Virus record (IMG/VR): IMGVR_UViG_3300034116_001553
Origin: an uncultured virus (IMG/VR IMGVR_UViG_3300034116_001553)
Taxonomy: Duplodnaviria; Heunggongvirae; Uroviricota; Caudoviricetes
DNA length: 61,562 bases
Reading direction: 5' to 3' (one strand)
Shown one piece after another: positions 1-9,997 of the stretch. Made by a program: the position numbers and the translations under genes. Position 1 is the first letter of the stretch, and each line of letters opens with the position of its first letter. The notes beneath the pieces are model-generated. The model was not told where the DNA came from, ran no database searches, and worked only from the letters and a program-made list of their open reading frames with translations.

Positions 1-2
1 TT

Positions 3-104
3 AAGTGCCCTAGGTACATTCGTGTAACCAAGGAATTACCCAAAAATACCAATGGAAAAATACAAAGGTACTTGCTAAATGAAACATATGAACAATCAAA
101 ATAA
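3..104 (+). CDS. C-terminal fragment of an ANL-superfamily adenylate-forming enzyme (acyl/aryl-CoA ligase-like), 5' truncated
   Basis: Frame 3 reads KCPRYIRVTKELPKNTNGKIQRYLLNETYEQSK*, matching the terminal A10 motif (P..I....ELPK...GKIQR). Not in the ORF track. Confidence 0.75.
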   Translation, partial: KCPRYIRVTKELPKNTNGKIQRYLLNETYEQSK

Positions 105-1338
105 ATCAATTTTAGTAGTTGGGGGCGGCACAGCTGGCTGGATGGCCGCTGGATATTATAGTAAAAAAGGATACCCAGTTACGCTGATAGAAAGTCCCGA
201 CGTTAATGTAGTAGGGGTAGGAGAAAGCACGTTACCTGCTATGAACTGGTTTGCAAATTTTTTAGGCATGGAAGAAGAAGAATGGATGCCACTTAGTGAT
301 TCAGTTTTTAAAATGGCAATCAAGCACGAAGGCTGGAACAATCGAGACTCAAACTGGTGGCATTGGTTTATCTATGATCGTACAACACATGAAGAACAAT
401 TTGAGCACTTAAAAAATAACACATTACCCCCTCGTGAAAAATTAGAATACGGATATCATGTTGATGCATTTAAATTTGGCGACACTATTGCTAAAACAAC
501 TGCACTCAAGCACGGATGTAAACACATTGTTGGTCACGTGACTGATGTTATTGGAAACCCTGAATCAGGGATAGAAAAATTAATAACCAGCACTGGCCTT
601 GAATTGTCTGCTGATTTATACATTGATTGTACTGGTTGGCGCAAATTATTAGCAAGCAAAGTTGGCATGGAATATCATCGTTACGAACATTTGCTCAACG
701 ATCGTGCAGTTACAACAGCACAGCCAAGTCTACCTACTATTAATAGATATACAACAACAATTGCTAAATCAGCTGGATGGATTTGGGAAATACCGTTGAC
801 CACAAGACGAGGCTGTGGTTATGTTTATTCAAGTAAACACATATCTGATGAGCAGGCCGTTGAAGAATATTGTGAACATTATCCAGGAACCGATAAGAGC
901 AAAATTAATTTTTTAAAATTTGTACCTGAAGTTTGTTTAAATCCTATAAATCAAAATGTTATCTGTGTTGGACTTGCTGGCGGATTTATTGAACCATTAG
1001 AAGCTACTAGTATATTTTTAACTCAGTATATGATTGTACAATCAGAAATGTTTGCATCAGGGGAACGTCCTGCTGGGGCTATTAACAGATCCCAGAAAAA
1101 AGTATTTGATCACACAGCAAAATTTGTTCTTTGTCATTATACATTGTCGGGCAGAACCGACACTGAGTACTGGAGATATTACAATGATCTTGAGAAAAAG
1201 ATCAACACGCTGAACTATGTCAAACAAAAAGCGGCAGAAAAAGATGTCGAACAATGGAATTCAACCAATTTATTTTTCCCATGCAGTTGGTGGGCAATGT
1301 TAAATGGTTATGAACTGATTCCTGCAGAACAAACATGA
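88..1338 (+). CDS. Flavin-dependent halogenase (tryptophan halogenase family)
   Basis: GGGTAGW FAD motif, GVGEST, catalytic-Lys region SVFKMAI, WIWEIP motif, FIEPLEATSI. Start at 88 or 79. Confidence 0.9.
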   Translation: MNNQNKSILVVGGGTAGWMAAGYYSKKGYPVTLIESPDVNVVGVGESTLPAMNWFANFLGMEEEEWMPLSDSVFKMAIKHEGWNNRDSNWWHWFIYDRTTHEEQFEHLKNNTLPPREKLEYGYHVDAFKFGDTIAKTTALKHGCKHIVGHVTDVIGNPESGIEKLITSTGLELSADLYIDCTGWRKLLASKVGMEYHRYEHLLNDRAVTTAQPSLPTINRYTTTIAKSAGWIWEIPLTTRRGCGYVYSSKHISDEQAVEEYCEHYPGTDKSKINFLKFVPEVCLNPINQNVICVGLAGGFIEPLEATSIFLTQYMIVQSEMFASGERPAGAINRSQKKVFDHTAKFVLCHYTLSGRTDTEYWRYYNDLEKKINTLNYVKQKAAEKDVEQWNSTNLFFPCSWWAMLNGYELIPAEQT

Positions 1339-2573
1339 ACAATCAAATCAAATCCATTGTGGTTGTAGGCGGTGGTACAGCTGGCTGGATGAGTGCATGC
1401 TATATGGTTAAGCAAGGATTTGATGTAACATTAGTTGAAAGTCCTGATGTTCCTACCATTGGTGTAGGTGAAAGTTGTTTGCCTGCAATCGGTATTTTCT
1501 GTGATTCTCTTGGATTAAAAGAAGAGGAATGGATGCCTGAAGCAAATGCCAGACATAAAATAGGGATCTTCCATTACAATTGGCTTAGAGAAAAAGATAC
1601 TGTATGGAAACACTTCTTCTGCTATGATCGTAATAATTGTAATGGACAATATTATTTAGAGTCGGGAATATTGCCGCCAGTCAAAGAAGGCAAGTATGCT
1701 TATCATATTGATGCAATAGCGTTTGGACAAATGCTAAAGCGCAGAGTCGCTGACCCAGCCGGAGTAAAATATCTACAAGCGCACATTGTTGATATCAAAC
1801 AACACGAAAATGGGTATGTCAGCGGTTTGCTATTAGACAACGGGCAAACATTAAGCGCAGACTTTTATATTGACTGTTCAGGTCCTGCTAGACTTTTTGC
1901 AGATAAAGTTGGAATTAAATTCAGCAAGTATGGAGACATACTCAATGATCGTGCTGTGGTTTGTCCACAACAACTTGATCCAGGCCCACAACCGCAGTAT
2001 ACAATTACCTATGCAGGCAAAGCTGGCTGGCTCTGGGACACAGGGCTAGCTCATAGAAGAGGTTGTGGTTATACTTACAGCAGTCAGTTTATCACAGACG
2101 AACAAGCTCGTGCTGAATACTTAACATATTTTCCTAACACAAATGTGGACAAACTGCGAGTTATCAAGTATGACAGCATGTATTCACATAACCCTTTAGA
2201 AAAGAATGTGCTGGCAGTCGGGCTGTCATCGGGATTTATGGAACCATTGGAAGCAACCAGCATATATCTTGTGCAATACTATCTTGAAGCGTTTGCAAGA
2301 TTTGTCAACACTGGCCGAGATCCAAAAGTCTACAACAAAGCAACATTGAATCTAACCAAGCAGTTATATGATTTTGTATTGACCAATTACACATTGACTC
2401 AACGCAACGACACTGAGCATTGGCAGTATTATCAGGACCTTGAACGCAGAATAAACACTAAAGAACTAACACGTTTTTGGGCCAGCCAACCCGATGTTGG
2501 TGCCTGGGAACTAACAAGAATGTTTTCACCTTTTAATTGGTGGAGCAAAGCCAAGCATTTTGAGTTGTTGTAA
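1335..2573 (+). CDS. Flavin-dependent halogenase, second paralog
   Basis: GGGTAGW, GVGESC, ARHKIGI, FMEPLEATSI; WxWxIP altered to WLWDTG; ATGA overlap with the upstream gene. Confidence 0.88.
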   Translation: MNNQIKSIVVVGGGTAGWMSACYMVKQGFDVTLVESPDVPTIGVGESCLPAIGIFCDSLGLKEEEWMPEANARHKIGIFHYNWLREKDTVWKHFFCYDRNNCNGQYYLESGILPPVKEGKYAYHIDAIAFGQMLKRRVADPAGVKYLQAHIVDIKQHENGYVSGLLLDNGQTLSADFYIDCSGPARLFADKVGIKFSKYGDILNDRAVVCPQQLDPGPQPQYTITYAGKAGWLWDTGLAHRRGCGYTYSSQFITDEQARAEYLTYFPNTNVDKLRVIKYDSMYSHNPLEKNVLAVGLSSGFMEPLEATSIYLVQYYLEAFARFVNTGRDPKVYNKATLNLTKQLYDFVLTNYTLTQRNDTEHWQYYQDLERRINTKELTRFWASQPDVGAWELTRMFSPFNWWSKAKHFELL

Positions 2574-2574
2574 T

Positions 2575-3636
2575 TTATAGATAAGTTTCTAATCCGCCTC
2601 GACGACGAATATCCTGAGTGCAACAACTGATGCCCCCGTCAAAGAAATACTTGTGTCGTAACTCTGAAATTATTGGTTCAATGTTATGTTTTTTGCAAAA
2701 ATCAAAAACCATCTTGTTGTAAGAACTAAAGATAACATGTTGCTCGTCTAACACCAAACAGTTAACATCAAACACAGTTTCTTTAACATACCCAGTCCAT
2801 TTGGTCAGATAAGTGTCAACAAACTTAGCAAACTCAGTAGTTGGATTCTGACCTTGTACATACCAGCGTCCATTAAAGTTTTCTTGACGAAATTTTCCAA
2901 CCTCCATGGCAGCAAAAATACTTGCGTCCCAAATCTTACACACTTCCCATCCGGGAAAATTTTCTTTGTAGTTGATATCACCATCGTGCATGGTACTTAA
3001 TATTACCCCCGGTTTTAATATAGCAAACACACTATCCCCGTGCCCATTTGTGACAGCTCTACGAATTCGATATCGACTATCTAGTACATTATTTCGAATC
3101 CATTCCATCTGACCGTCAGTTAGCCACTCGCTGTTGTCAAAGAATACATCTGTGCCCACACGAACAATACAACTGGCCACTGCGTCTACCATAACGTGGT
3201 CAGGGTCATATATGTTATTGCGTGATTCAGAATTTTTATTGTGCGGATCAATTATGCTACCTGGTTGTTTCTGTTCGTAGTCACGACATATAGTATTCAT
3301 TTCCGCAACATTTAATACTCTTAATAATTTTTCACCCAGGGTAATTTGCCAATCTCTAGGTGTTAGTGGTGGGATTGGGACACCTTGATCTGTTATTTGC
3401 AAACTTTGCCATTGTTTAATTTTTGGAAGATCTGGCCTCTTAACTACTGCTCCGTACGATTCAATTACTTTTTGTAGATTATCCAAATCTTCAGCCGACT
3501 CTTCGAGTATTTTAGTCATTTGACCTTTAACTTGTTCATCCTGGATAAAGTTAAAATATTCTGGCGTATAAACACAACCAACAATTACTTCTTCAAGTGG
3601 TTGCCAACTGGTGTAACTATTAATAATATTAGACAT
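2575..3636 (-). CDS. Amidinotransferase (glycine/inosamine-phosphate amidinotransferase family)
   Basis: NSYTSWQPLEEVIVG, PRD, GHGD, FDVNCL, DGGISCCTQDIRR with catalytic Cys. Confidence 0.85.
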   Translation of the reverse strand: MSNIINSYTSWQPLEEVIVGCVYTPEYFNFIQDEQVKGQMTKILEESAEDLDNLQKVIESYGAVVKRPDLPKIKQWQSLQITDQGVPIPPLTPRDWQITLGEKLLRVLNVAEMNTICRDYEQKQPGSIIDPHNKNSESRNNIYDPDHVMVDAVASCIVRVGTDVFFDNSEWLTDGQMEWIRNNVLDSRYRIRRAVTNGHGDSVFAILKPGVILSTMHDGDINYKENFPGWEVCKIWDASIFAAMEVGKFRQENFNGRWYVQGQNPTTEFAKFVDTYLTKWTGYVKETVFDVNCLVLDEQHVIFSSYNKMVFDFCKKHNIEPIISELRHKYFFDGGISCCTQDIRRRGGLETYL

Positions 3637-4789
3637 TTAATTTTCCTATTATTCTATTTAACTCTTCATGTCCTGTGGACAAAAACAATCTCTGGTTGTG
3701 TCTGACATCTTCTATGCATTGTTGATAAATCAATTCTGGATTAGAATTGAGTTGTGTTAGTGTATCAACAATTGCCATCCATCGATTAGTATTATCCTGT
3801 ATACTATCATACTTGTTGTTAATACAATGATCAAAGGTTTTATAACCACGTTCTCTAAGAGTTGCTAGACTATTTGGTGGACCAACAATTATAAAAGGCT
3901 GACCAAATTTAATTGCCTTCCATGTTTTTTCTGTTAAAAATGTGCCACCACTCTGATCAGCATCAAAATGTGTTTCTAGTATAATATGTATGTAGGATTG
4001 TGTGTATAAACTTGCATTGACAATGTGATGATCATTGTGTTCTTTTTCTGATTGATCGTCACAACTATATGGACCATTGTTAATAAAAAAATCTAGTTCA
4101 TTTCTTATTTCTATGTGATCAATTTGAATTGGGTTATCATCAAAGTTATCATCGATGACGCATTTTGTATTGTAACTCCATAAACTGTTTTCTAATAATC
4201 CTTTGCGTTCTAAGTCTGCCAAGCAGGTGGCCCTCCACCACTTGTGAGTCCTACATAGTGCAGTAAATGTATACTGACGTTTTTCTGTGGTTATAGGAAC
4301 GGCCACCTGATCTCTATTGATGTAGCGAAAGAAAAACTCATGGTCTGAAAAGTAATTTTCAGCCGCTGAATTAGCACTTATAAATGTGTAACATTTTATA
4401 TCAATATTATGTCGATGACACAAGTTGTCTAGTCTTTGTGTTATTCTAGTTGGGTTATCGCCTTCGTGATAATAAAATAAAACATGTATTTCTTTGTCTT
4501 TTATCTTTTTTAATGTATTAACAGGAATTAAAGAAAAATAATCGCATTGAAAATCAAACCATCCTATTGATATTGGGTATACTGACCCCTGTGGAGCACT
4601 AGACACTAGATGTACGTTGTAAGGAATTTTATAGCAATGAAAATAATATAAAAGACGCAATGGCACAGTATAAGGCCATTGGCTATCAAATTTTCTCCAA
4701 CTGGGTGTGTAAGGAACTGCTTTAAGAGTTGCTAGATTTGGATATCCAATATTTGGAGTAGACAATTCATCGTAACAAAAGTTTATCAT
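3629..4789 (-). CDS. Glycosyltransferase-like protein (TEKT-motif paralog family, GT10-like C-terminus)
   Basis: ETHF..FLTEKTWKAI..GQPF..VG..L..GYKTF..YD; start reassigned to ATG 4789 (TAATG overlap). Confidence 0.5.
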   Translation of the reverse strand: MINFCYDELSTPNIGYPNLATLKAVPYTPSWRKFDSQWPYTVPLRLLYYFHCYKIPYNVHLVSSAPQGSVYPISIGWFDFQCDYFSLIPVNTLKKIKDKEIHVLFYYHEGDNPTRITQRLDNLCHRHNIDIKCYTFISANSAAENYFSDHEFFFRYINRDQVAVPITTEKRQYTFTALCRTHKWWRATCLADLERKGLLENSLWSYNTKCVIDDNFDDNPIQIDHIEIRNELDFFINNGPYSCDDQSEKEHNDHHIVNASLYTQSYIHIILETHFDADQSGGTFLTEKTWKAIKFGQPFIIVGPPNSLATLRERGYKTFDHCINNKYDSIQDNTNRWMAIVDTLTQLNSNPELIYQQCIEDVRHNQRLFLSTGHEELNRIIGKLNV

Positions 4790-5904
4790 TAATAAAAGTC
4801 TTTTTTTATTTTTGCTAACATTCCTTGTAGCTCTGCCCAAAGTACAGCTTCAAACCCGCCATTATAAAAGTGATTCCAATTGTGCTCTATAACTTCCTGT
4901 GCCATATTAAATAGATCCTGTTTGCCCGACAGCGGTAATTCGTTAAGGTTGCGCAATAGGTTGGCAATGTGCTTAATCCTATCTTCATCTTCTGAATCGT
5001 CGTAACTTTCGTCCCATATTCCTTCAAATGTGCGAAACCCATAACTTCGTAAGTACTTTAAGCTGCCTTTGGTACCCACAATCACAAACGGCATTCTCAG
5101 AGCTATGGGTTTGAATGTTTTTTCAGTCAAATGATGTCTGCGTCCTGTGTACACAGTTTCTGTAACCAAATATAATAAACTCTCGGCAGCTTCGTCAAAT
5201 AAGCTTAGCCAACACGAATGCATTGGATGATCAGTCTCGCCAGCAAATTGTATAGGTAAAGGTGTGCGAGAAAACACCGACTCAATGTCAGGATAACGTT
5301 CTGCCAGGGGTTTGATAGCTTCATGTATACTGATATTTTCTACAGGACAAGTATCGGGACAACTGATATGATTGTCTAGCATACGGTTTTTAAATATATG
5401 ATATAACATTTCAAGTCGGTGTTTACGTTCTCCGGCAATAATACGATTTGGAGCAATAAATGTTTTGGTGATCTTGCGCTTGCTAGCAGGAGAAATCAGG
5501 AATGTTTTGTCGTACCCACGATACCAATCCAGCGCGGCCCATCCATGAAAAAAATAATAATAAAATTCCCAATTGTATTTTTTACACAGCTCCTCCACTG
5601 ATTCACTGTTAGACTCACTGGTTACTATTCCGTGGCGCCTCTGTGCATCAACATAACTAATGTTATCCAATGGATTTCTATCATAAACCTCAGCAAATAA
5701 ATCAGCGTATATGTCCAAATGAATTGGCTCTTGGTCGTGAAAGAATATATAATTAATCATATCTATGCTATTACCGCCAAAGTGAATCAAACTGTCAGGG
5801 TTGGTATTGCCTGGAGGATCACAACAGTACAATTTTGTATTTGACACTTGATTTTTTATAAATGGCCAAAAAGTATTACCATAAATTTCGTCGATTCTAA
5901 TCAT
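4789..5904 (-). CDS. Glycosyltransferase-like protein (TEKT-motif paralog)
   Basis: VTETV..HLTEKTFKPI..MPFVIVG..GFRTF..WDESYD. Confidence 0.5.
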   Translation of the reverse strand: MIRIDEIYGNTFWPFIKNQVSNTKLYCCDPPGNTNPDSLIHFGGNSIDMINYIFFHDQEPIHLDIYADLFAEVYDRNPLDNISYVDAQRRHGIVTSESNSESVEELCKKYNWEFYYYFFHGWAALDWYRGYDKTFLISPASKRKITKTFIAPNRIIAGERKHRLEMLYHIFKNRMLDNHISCPDTCPVENISIHEAIKPLAERYPDIESVFSRTPLPIQFAGETDHPMHSCWLSLFDEAAESLLYLVTETVYTGRRHHLTEKTFKPIALRMPFVIVGTKGSLKYLRSYGFRTFEGIWDESYDDSEDEDRIKHIANLLRNLNELPLSGKQDLFNMAQEVIEHNWNHFYNGGFEAVLWAELQGMLAKIKKDFY

Positions 5905-7534
5905 GTTTGATATATTCTATATAGGAAAAAAACCAGGATTGTTTGTGCATGAACGTGCAGTAACAAGCACGGAGCAGGCCTGCGAACTAAGTCGCACTCG
6001 ATATTGTTGGGTCGTAAATTACTTATCGAGCTATTCTGAGTTTAATTTTCTTTGGGAACCAGCACCCTGGCAAGCAAATCAACAGCATGTATTTCCTAGT
6101 CAGTGGCAAAAAGATTCGGGTACTTATCTAGTACCAAAAACTGGATTCACGGATACCAATTACCATACAGACATGGTTGTTCTCACTAGACAATCTAGCG
6201 ATATATACTTAATAGATCATATGGATAATTCTCTAGAATTAGCATTGAATACTCTGTCGGAAAAAATCACAATTAAAAAAGTGGTTAGATATTTTGACAA
6301 TTATCTTGACACTCTAACACGCATTGCTAAAACAGCTAGCAATGACAATCTTGAATACATTTGGATTTGCTCTACAATCTGTGATTATACTAATTTTGAT
6401 TTTACATGGCATCCTGATCCTTGGCAAAAAGAGTTGTTACATGTATTTCCTAGCAATGAACAAAAGTTTGGTGATACATTTTTAATGCATGTGCCAACGT
6501 TTATTGAAAGAATTAAGGGTAAAGAATTACTCGAGTGGTATGATTTAAACTTTGTTGACTTGCAAGTTAAACGCAGGCCAGTACCAGTAATACAACATTC
6601 CTGCGACACACAAGTTACTGCATTAGATCCTGACTCTTTTTATGGTCCGGTAGGATTGTTTACTGTTCAAAATCCTCCAATGGTGTACCCAACTGTTAAT
6701 CTATGGAGAGAACTAACTAAGACAGTTATTACATTGTCCCCAAATAACGATTGTGCATTAATTCCACGAACAGCATTGTCTACAATTAACACACAAGTCT
6801 ACGACTATCCGTACATTGATAAAACTCAGATTAGTCATGATCTTGCATTGCAAGATATTGTGTTTATTAGCTACGATGAGCCCGAGGCAGATGTAAACTA
6901 TGAAAAATTGTTAACAAAATTTCCTCGAGCTAAACGTGTGCATGGTGTGGTTGGAATGGAGAATGCTCTGGCCGAGGCTGCTAAGGCTAGTCAAACACCC
7001 TGGTACTTTGCAGTATTTGGCAAGACAGAGTTACACCCAGATTTTGATTTTACATTCCAGCCTGACTATTTTCAACAGCCTAAACACTATATCTTTTACA
7101 GCGAGAATCGTGTAAACAAATTAGTCTACGGAGAAATGGCTGTTATCATGTACAATTGTAATCTTATACTAGATAACATTGGCCAGGAATTTGGACTAGA
7201 TTATACAATGAGTTTCCCACACGAAGTTGTGCCAATTATCAGCACCTATGGTAATTTTAACACAAGTCCATACCACACCTGGAGAACTGCATTTAGAGAA
7301 GTCAGTAAATTATATGATATACAGTCTCGAACTCCAACAATTGAAACTGATTATAGAATTAATATTTGGGAAACAGTTGCTGACGGCGACTATGCTGAGT
7401 GGGCATTGATAGGAGCCAAAGACGGCCGAGAATTTTATCTAGCATATAAAGACAACTATGAATACAGAAAAAATAGTTTTAACTGGCAATGGTTAAGAAA
7501 TTATTTCTCAGAACGTTACGGCAACGTTAGTTAA
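5903..7534 (+). CDS. Conserved phage protein with repeated glycosyltransferase-like domains
   Basis: 543-aa ORF; repeated F.F.W.P..WQ....HVFPS units; C-terminal DIVFISYDEPEAD..RVHGV domain. Confidence 0.55.
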   Translation: MFDIFYIGKKPGLFVHERAVTSTEQACELSRTRYCWVVNYLSSYSEFNFLWEPAPWQANQQHVFPSQWQKDSGTYLVPKTGFTDTNYHTDMVVLTRQSSDIYLIDHMDNSLELALNTLSEKITIKKVVRYFDNYLDTLTRIAKTASNDNLEYIWICSTICDYTNFDFTWHPDPWQKELLHVFPSNEQKFGDTFLMHVPTFIERIKGKELLEWYDLNFVDLQVKRRPVPVIQHSCDTQVTALDPDSFYGPVGLFTVQNPPMVYPTVNLWRELTKTVITLSPNNDCALIPRTALSTINTQVYDYPYIDKTQISHDLALQDIVFISYDEPEADVNYEKLLTKFPRAKRVHGVVGMENALAEAAKASQTPWYFAVFGKTELHPDFDFTFQPDYFQQPKHYIFYSENRVNKLVYGEMAVIMYNCNLILDNIGQEFGLDYTMSFPHEVVPIISTYGNFNTSPYHTWRTAFREVSKLYDIQSRTPTIETDYRINIWETVADGDYAEWALIGAKDGREFYLAYKDNYEYRKNSFNWQWLRNYFSERYGNVS

Positions 7535-8624
7535 AAAAATCTATTACAGCTTTGGCCACAGTTTCTGCCTGTGCAGTGGTAATTTGTGCATGTACTGGCA
7601 AACTCAAACACGAGTCTGCTAGCCGTTCACTATTTGGAAAACTATCCGTACCTGCCATTCTAGCATACACCGGTTGTTTATGTAATGCCAGTGGAAATTG
7701 TATACCAGTTTCAATTCCACGACTTGAAAGAAATTCTTTTAATTCATTTCTACAATCTGTTGCAATAACAAATTGATTATAAACGTGGGTACTCACATTA
7801 CTGTTTACTTTTGGCAATTGTATTTTGTCACAGTTAGATAACATATTGTAATAAACAGATGCATTTTCTATACGTCGTTGATTCCAGGTATCTAAATGAT
7901 CTAGTTTGGCTGATAAAATCGCTGCCTGCATAGAATCTAGTCTTTCATTCCAGCCAATAGTCTCGTGTACGTATTTTTCTTTTCTTCCGTGATCTCTAAG
8001 CATTTTAACAAGTTTAACTAATTCCTGACGACCTGTAACTGCACCTGCATCTCCCATGGCACTTAAATTTTTTCCTGGGTAAAAACTAAAACATGTTAAA
8101 TCTGCCTGGCTGCCAATTGAATTTCCAAGGTACCTGCATCCAGAACTTTGAGCCGCATCTTGTATGATTGGGATGCCGTTGGCAATCTCCTTGAGCTTCT
8201 TTATATCCACAGTTTGACCATAAAGATCCACCACAATAATTGCTTTGGTTTTATTTGTAAGTTTTGACTCAATTTGATCAAGGTCCATAGTATAGTATTG
8301 ATCAATGTCAATAAAACGAGGACGAGCATTTAGTTGACTAGCGCACTCAGCTGACGCAACAAAGCTCATACTTGGAACAAGCACTTCGTCGCTGGGACGA
8401 ACTCCCACGGCCCACAAAGACAACATCAATGCACTTGTGCCACTGCTTACTCCGGCACAATCTTCTGACTGCGTGTAGTCTTTCCAGGCAGTTTCAAATT
8501 TTAAAACTTCTTCCCCGCCAATGAATGAACTGTTTGTAATACAACGTTCAATGGCTTGGTCAACTGGAATTTTTACTTCTAGGTATTCGCTATATAAATT
8601 TGCGTATGGTATTGTTATCGACAT
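7527..8624 (-). CDS. DegT/DnrJ/EryC1/StrS PLP-dependent sugar aminotransferase
   Basis: SSGTSAL, DAAQS, FSFYPGKNLSAMGDAGAV, GWNERLD; start at ATG 8624. Confidence 0.93.
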   Translation of the reverse strand: MSITIPYANLYSEYLEVKIPVDQAIERCITNSSFIGGEEVLKFETAWKDYTQSEDCAGVSSGTSALMLSLWAVGVRPSDEVLVPSMSFVASAECASQLNARPRFIDIDQYYTMDLDQIESKLTNKTKAIIVVDLYGQTVDIKKLKEIANGIPIIQDAAQSSGCRYLGNSIGSQADLTCFSFYPGKNLSAMGDAGAVTGRQELVKLVKMLRDHGRKEKYVHETIGWNERLDSMQAAILSAKLDHLDTWNQRRIENASVYYNMLSNCDKIQLPKVNSNVSTHVYNQFVIATDCRNELKEFLSSRGIETGIQFPLALHKQPVYARMAGTDSFPNSERLADSCLSLPVHAQITTAQAETVAKAVIDFFN

Positions 8625-9997
8625 TTTACTGGTCCTTGGTTCCACGAGATTCCAAATTTTTCATCGTCTCGAGCTTGATTGATTAATCTACTTACCACAT
8701 GGTCGAATGCATCTAAATATCCAACATCAGGTGGCGACGGTCTTATTGTTTTTTTAGAGTTAACAAATTCTTGCACTACGGTTTCTATGCTACTGTTAAC
8801 TGTGTTTCCAATTATATATCTTTCAGCACCTGGTCGATCTAAGAATCCACTTTCGTGATAGACATATACATCTCCCTTGACGTCAACTGCTACAGCCACT
8901 TGAGGAAAGCTAGTTGGCACCATTTCTTTCCAGGAAATCATTGACAATGGTCCAGAATTTTTTCCATGCACCAGCGGTTCTAGTGCATATCCAAAATCCC
9001 AATGTGTGGCCGGCCATTTATTTGTTTTAAAATCTTTAATCAAATTAAAAATATCAACAAGATGCACTCTTTCTTCGTCGCTGATGATGCGCACATTTTG
9101 ACTAAAGTCTTCTCTCAATGTTACAAAATCCACAGGACGCACGGTCCGTGAATTAATATAGTCAATGATGTTTAATAACTTAACAACATCCTTTGAGTGG
9201 CCAGGCAGTATGATCCAATTAACTCCCACACGAACATTGTGTGTTGAATTGATATACTCAATGATATTTTCAACAATACGATGATAACTCTCAGAATGAC
9301 GAGTTACTTTAAATGCACTTTGTTCATCAACACCATACAAACTAAAACGAACAGCATGAAGGTCTTTCATTCCTGGATGTTGTTCTATGTATTTCCGAGT
9401 CATCATATAGCCGTTGGTGTATAATTGCATTTTATATCCACGTTCGGCACCGTAGGTAATAATGTTGCCTAGATACTTGTTGGTCAGCGGCTCTAGGCCC
9501 CCACTGATACGAAATCGGTCATCCCAGAATGCATCAGTTTTAATGTCTTGATCAATAATCTGTTTGAAAACATCAAATCCATATTGCTCAAATTTCTTTT
9601 CGTATTTGGCCACAGGATTTCGTCCGCAAAAGTTGCAGTAGAACATACAGCTCATACCAGTGTACAGTCCGATACGATTTGGGTACATGTAACTGTGATC
9701 AATGGCCGCATGTAATGATCCGTTTGTCAGCAATGGAGTGATTGTATTGGTCCAATATTTTGTGCCGCCACCATGATACAATATGTAATTCTGAGCTGGT
9801 TGATCTTCTCTGATCTTACTAGATATTACTAGTAGTTCGTTGGCAGAGATTGATAGCTGTTTTGCAATTTCTCTTTGAGTAATAAATGGATCATCTGACA
9901 GTAACTTACACACCTGTTGAGACACAGGGTCTAGGTGCAAAATGTCTGCATTTGTCGGGCCTTCGACTTTGCTGTGTGTGTAACCTAATCTTGTCAT
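8615..9997 (-). CDS. desII: DesII-like radical SAM enzyme (NDP-4-amino-4,6-dideoxyglucose ammonia-lyase)
   Basis: GLYTGMSCMFYCNFCGR, SGGLEPLTN, YTNG, SLYG, DFVTLREDFS, DFGYAL, PQVAVAVDVKGDVYVYHESGF, YLDAFDHVVSRLINQ; collinear with Streptomyces DesII motifs as recalled. Confidence 0.85.
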   Translation of the reverse strand: MTRLGYTHSKVEGPTNADILHLDPVSQQVCKLLSDDPFITQREIAKQLSISANELLVISSKIREDQPAQNYILYHGGGTKYWTNTITPLLTNGSLHAAIDHSYMYPNRIGLYTGMSCMFYCNFCGRNPVAKYEKKFEQYGFDVFKQIIDQDIKTDAFWDDRFRISGGLEPLTNKYLGNIITYGAERGYKMQLYTNGYMMTRKYIEQHPGMKDLHAVRFSLYGVDEQSAFKVTRHSESYHRIVENIIEYINSTHNVRVGVNWIILPGHSKDVVKLLNIIDYINSRTVRPVDFVTLREDFSQNVRIISDEERVHLVDIFNLIKDFKTNKWPATHWDFGYALEPLVHGKNSGPLSMISWKEMVPTSFPQVAVAVDVKGDVYVYHESGFLDRPGAERYIIGNTVNSSIETVVQEFVNSKKTIRPSPPDVGYLDAFDHVVSRLINQARDDEKFGISWNQGPVKCR

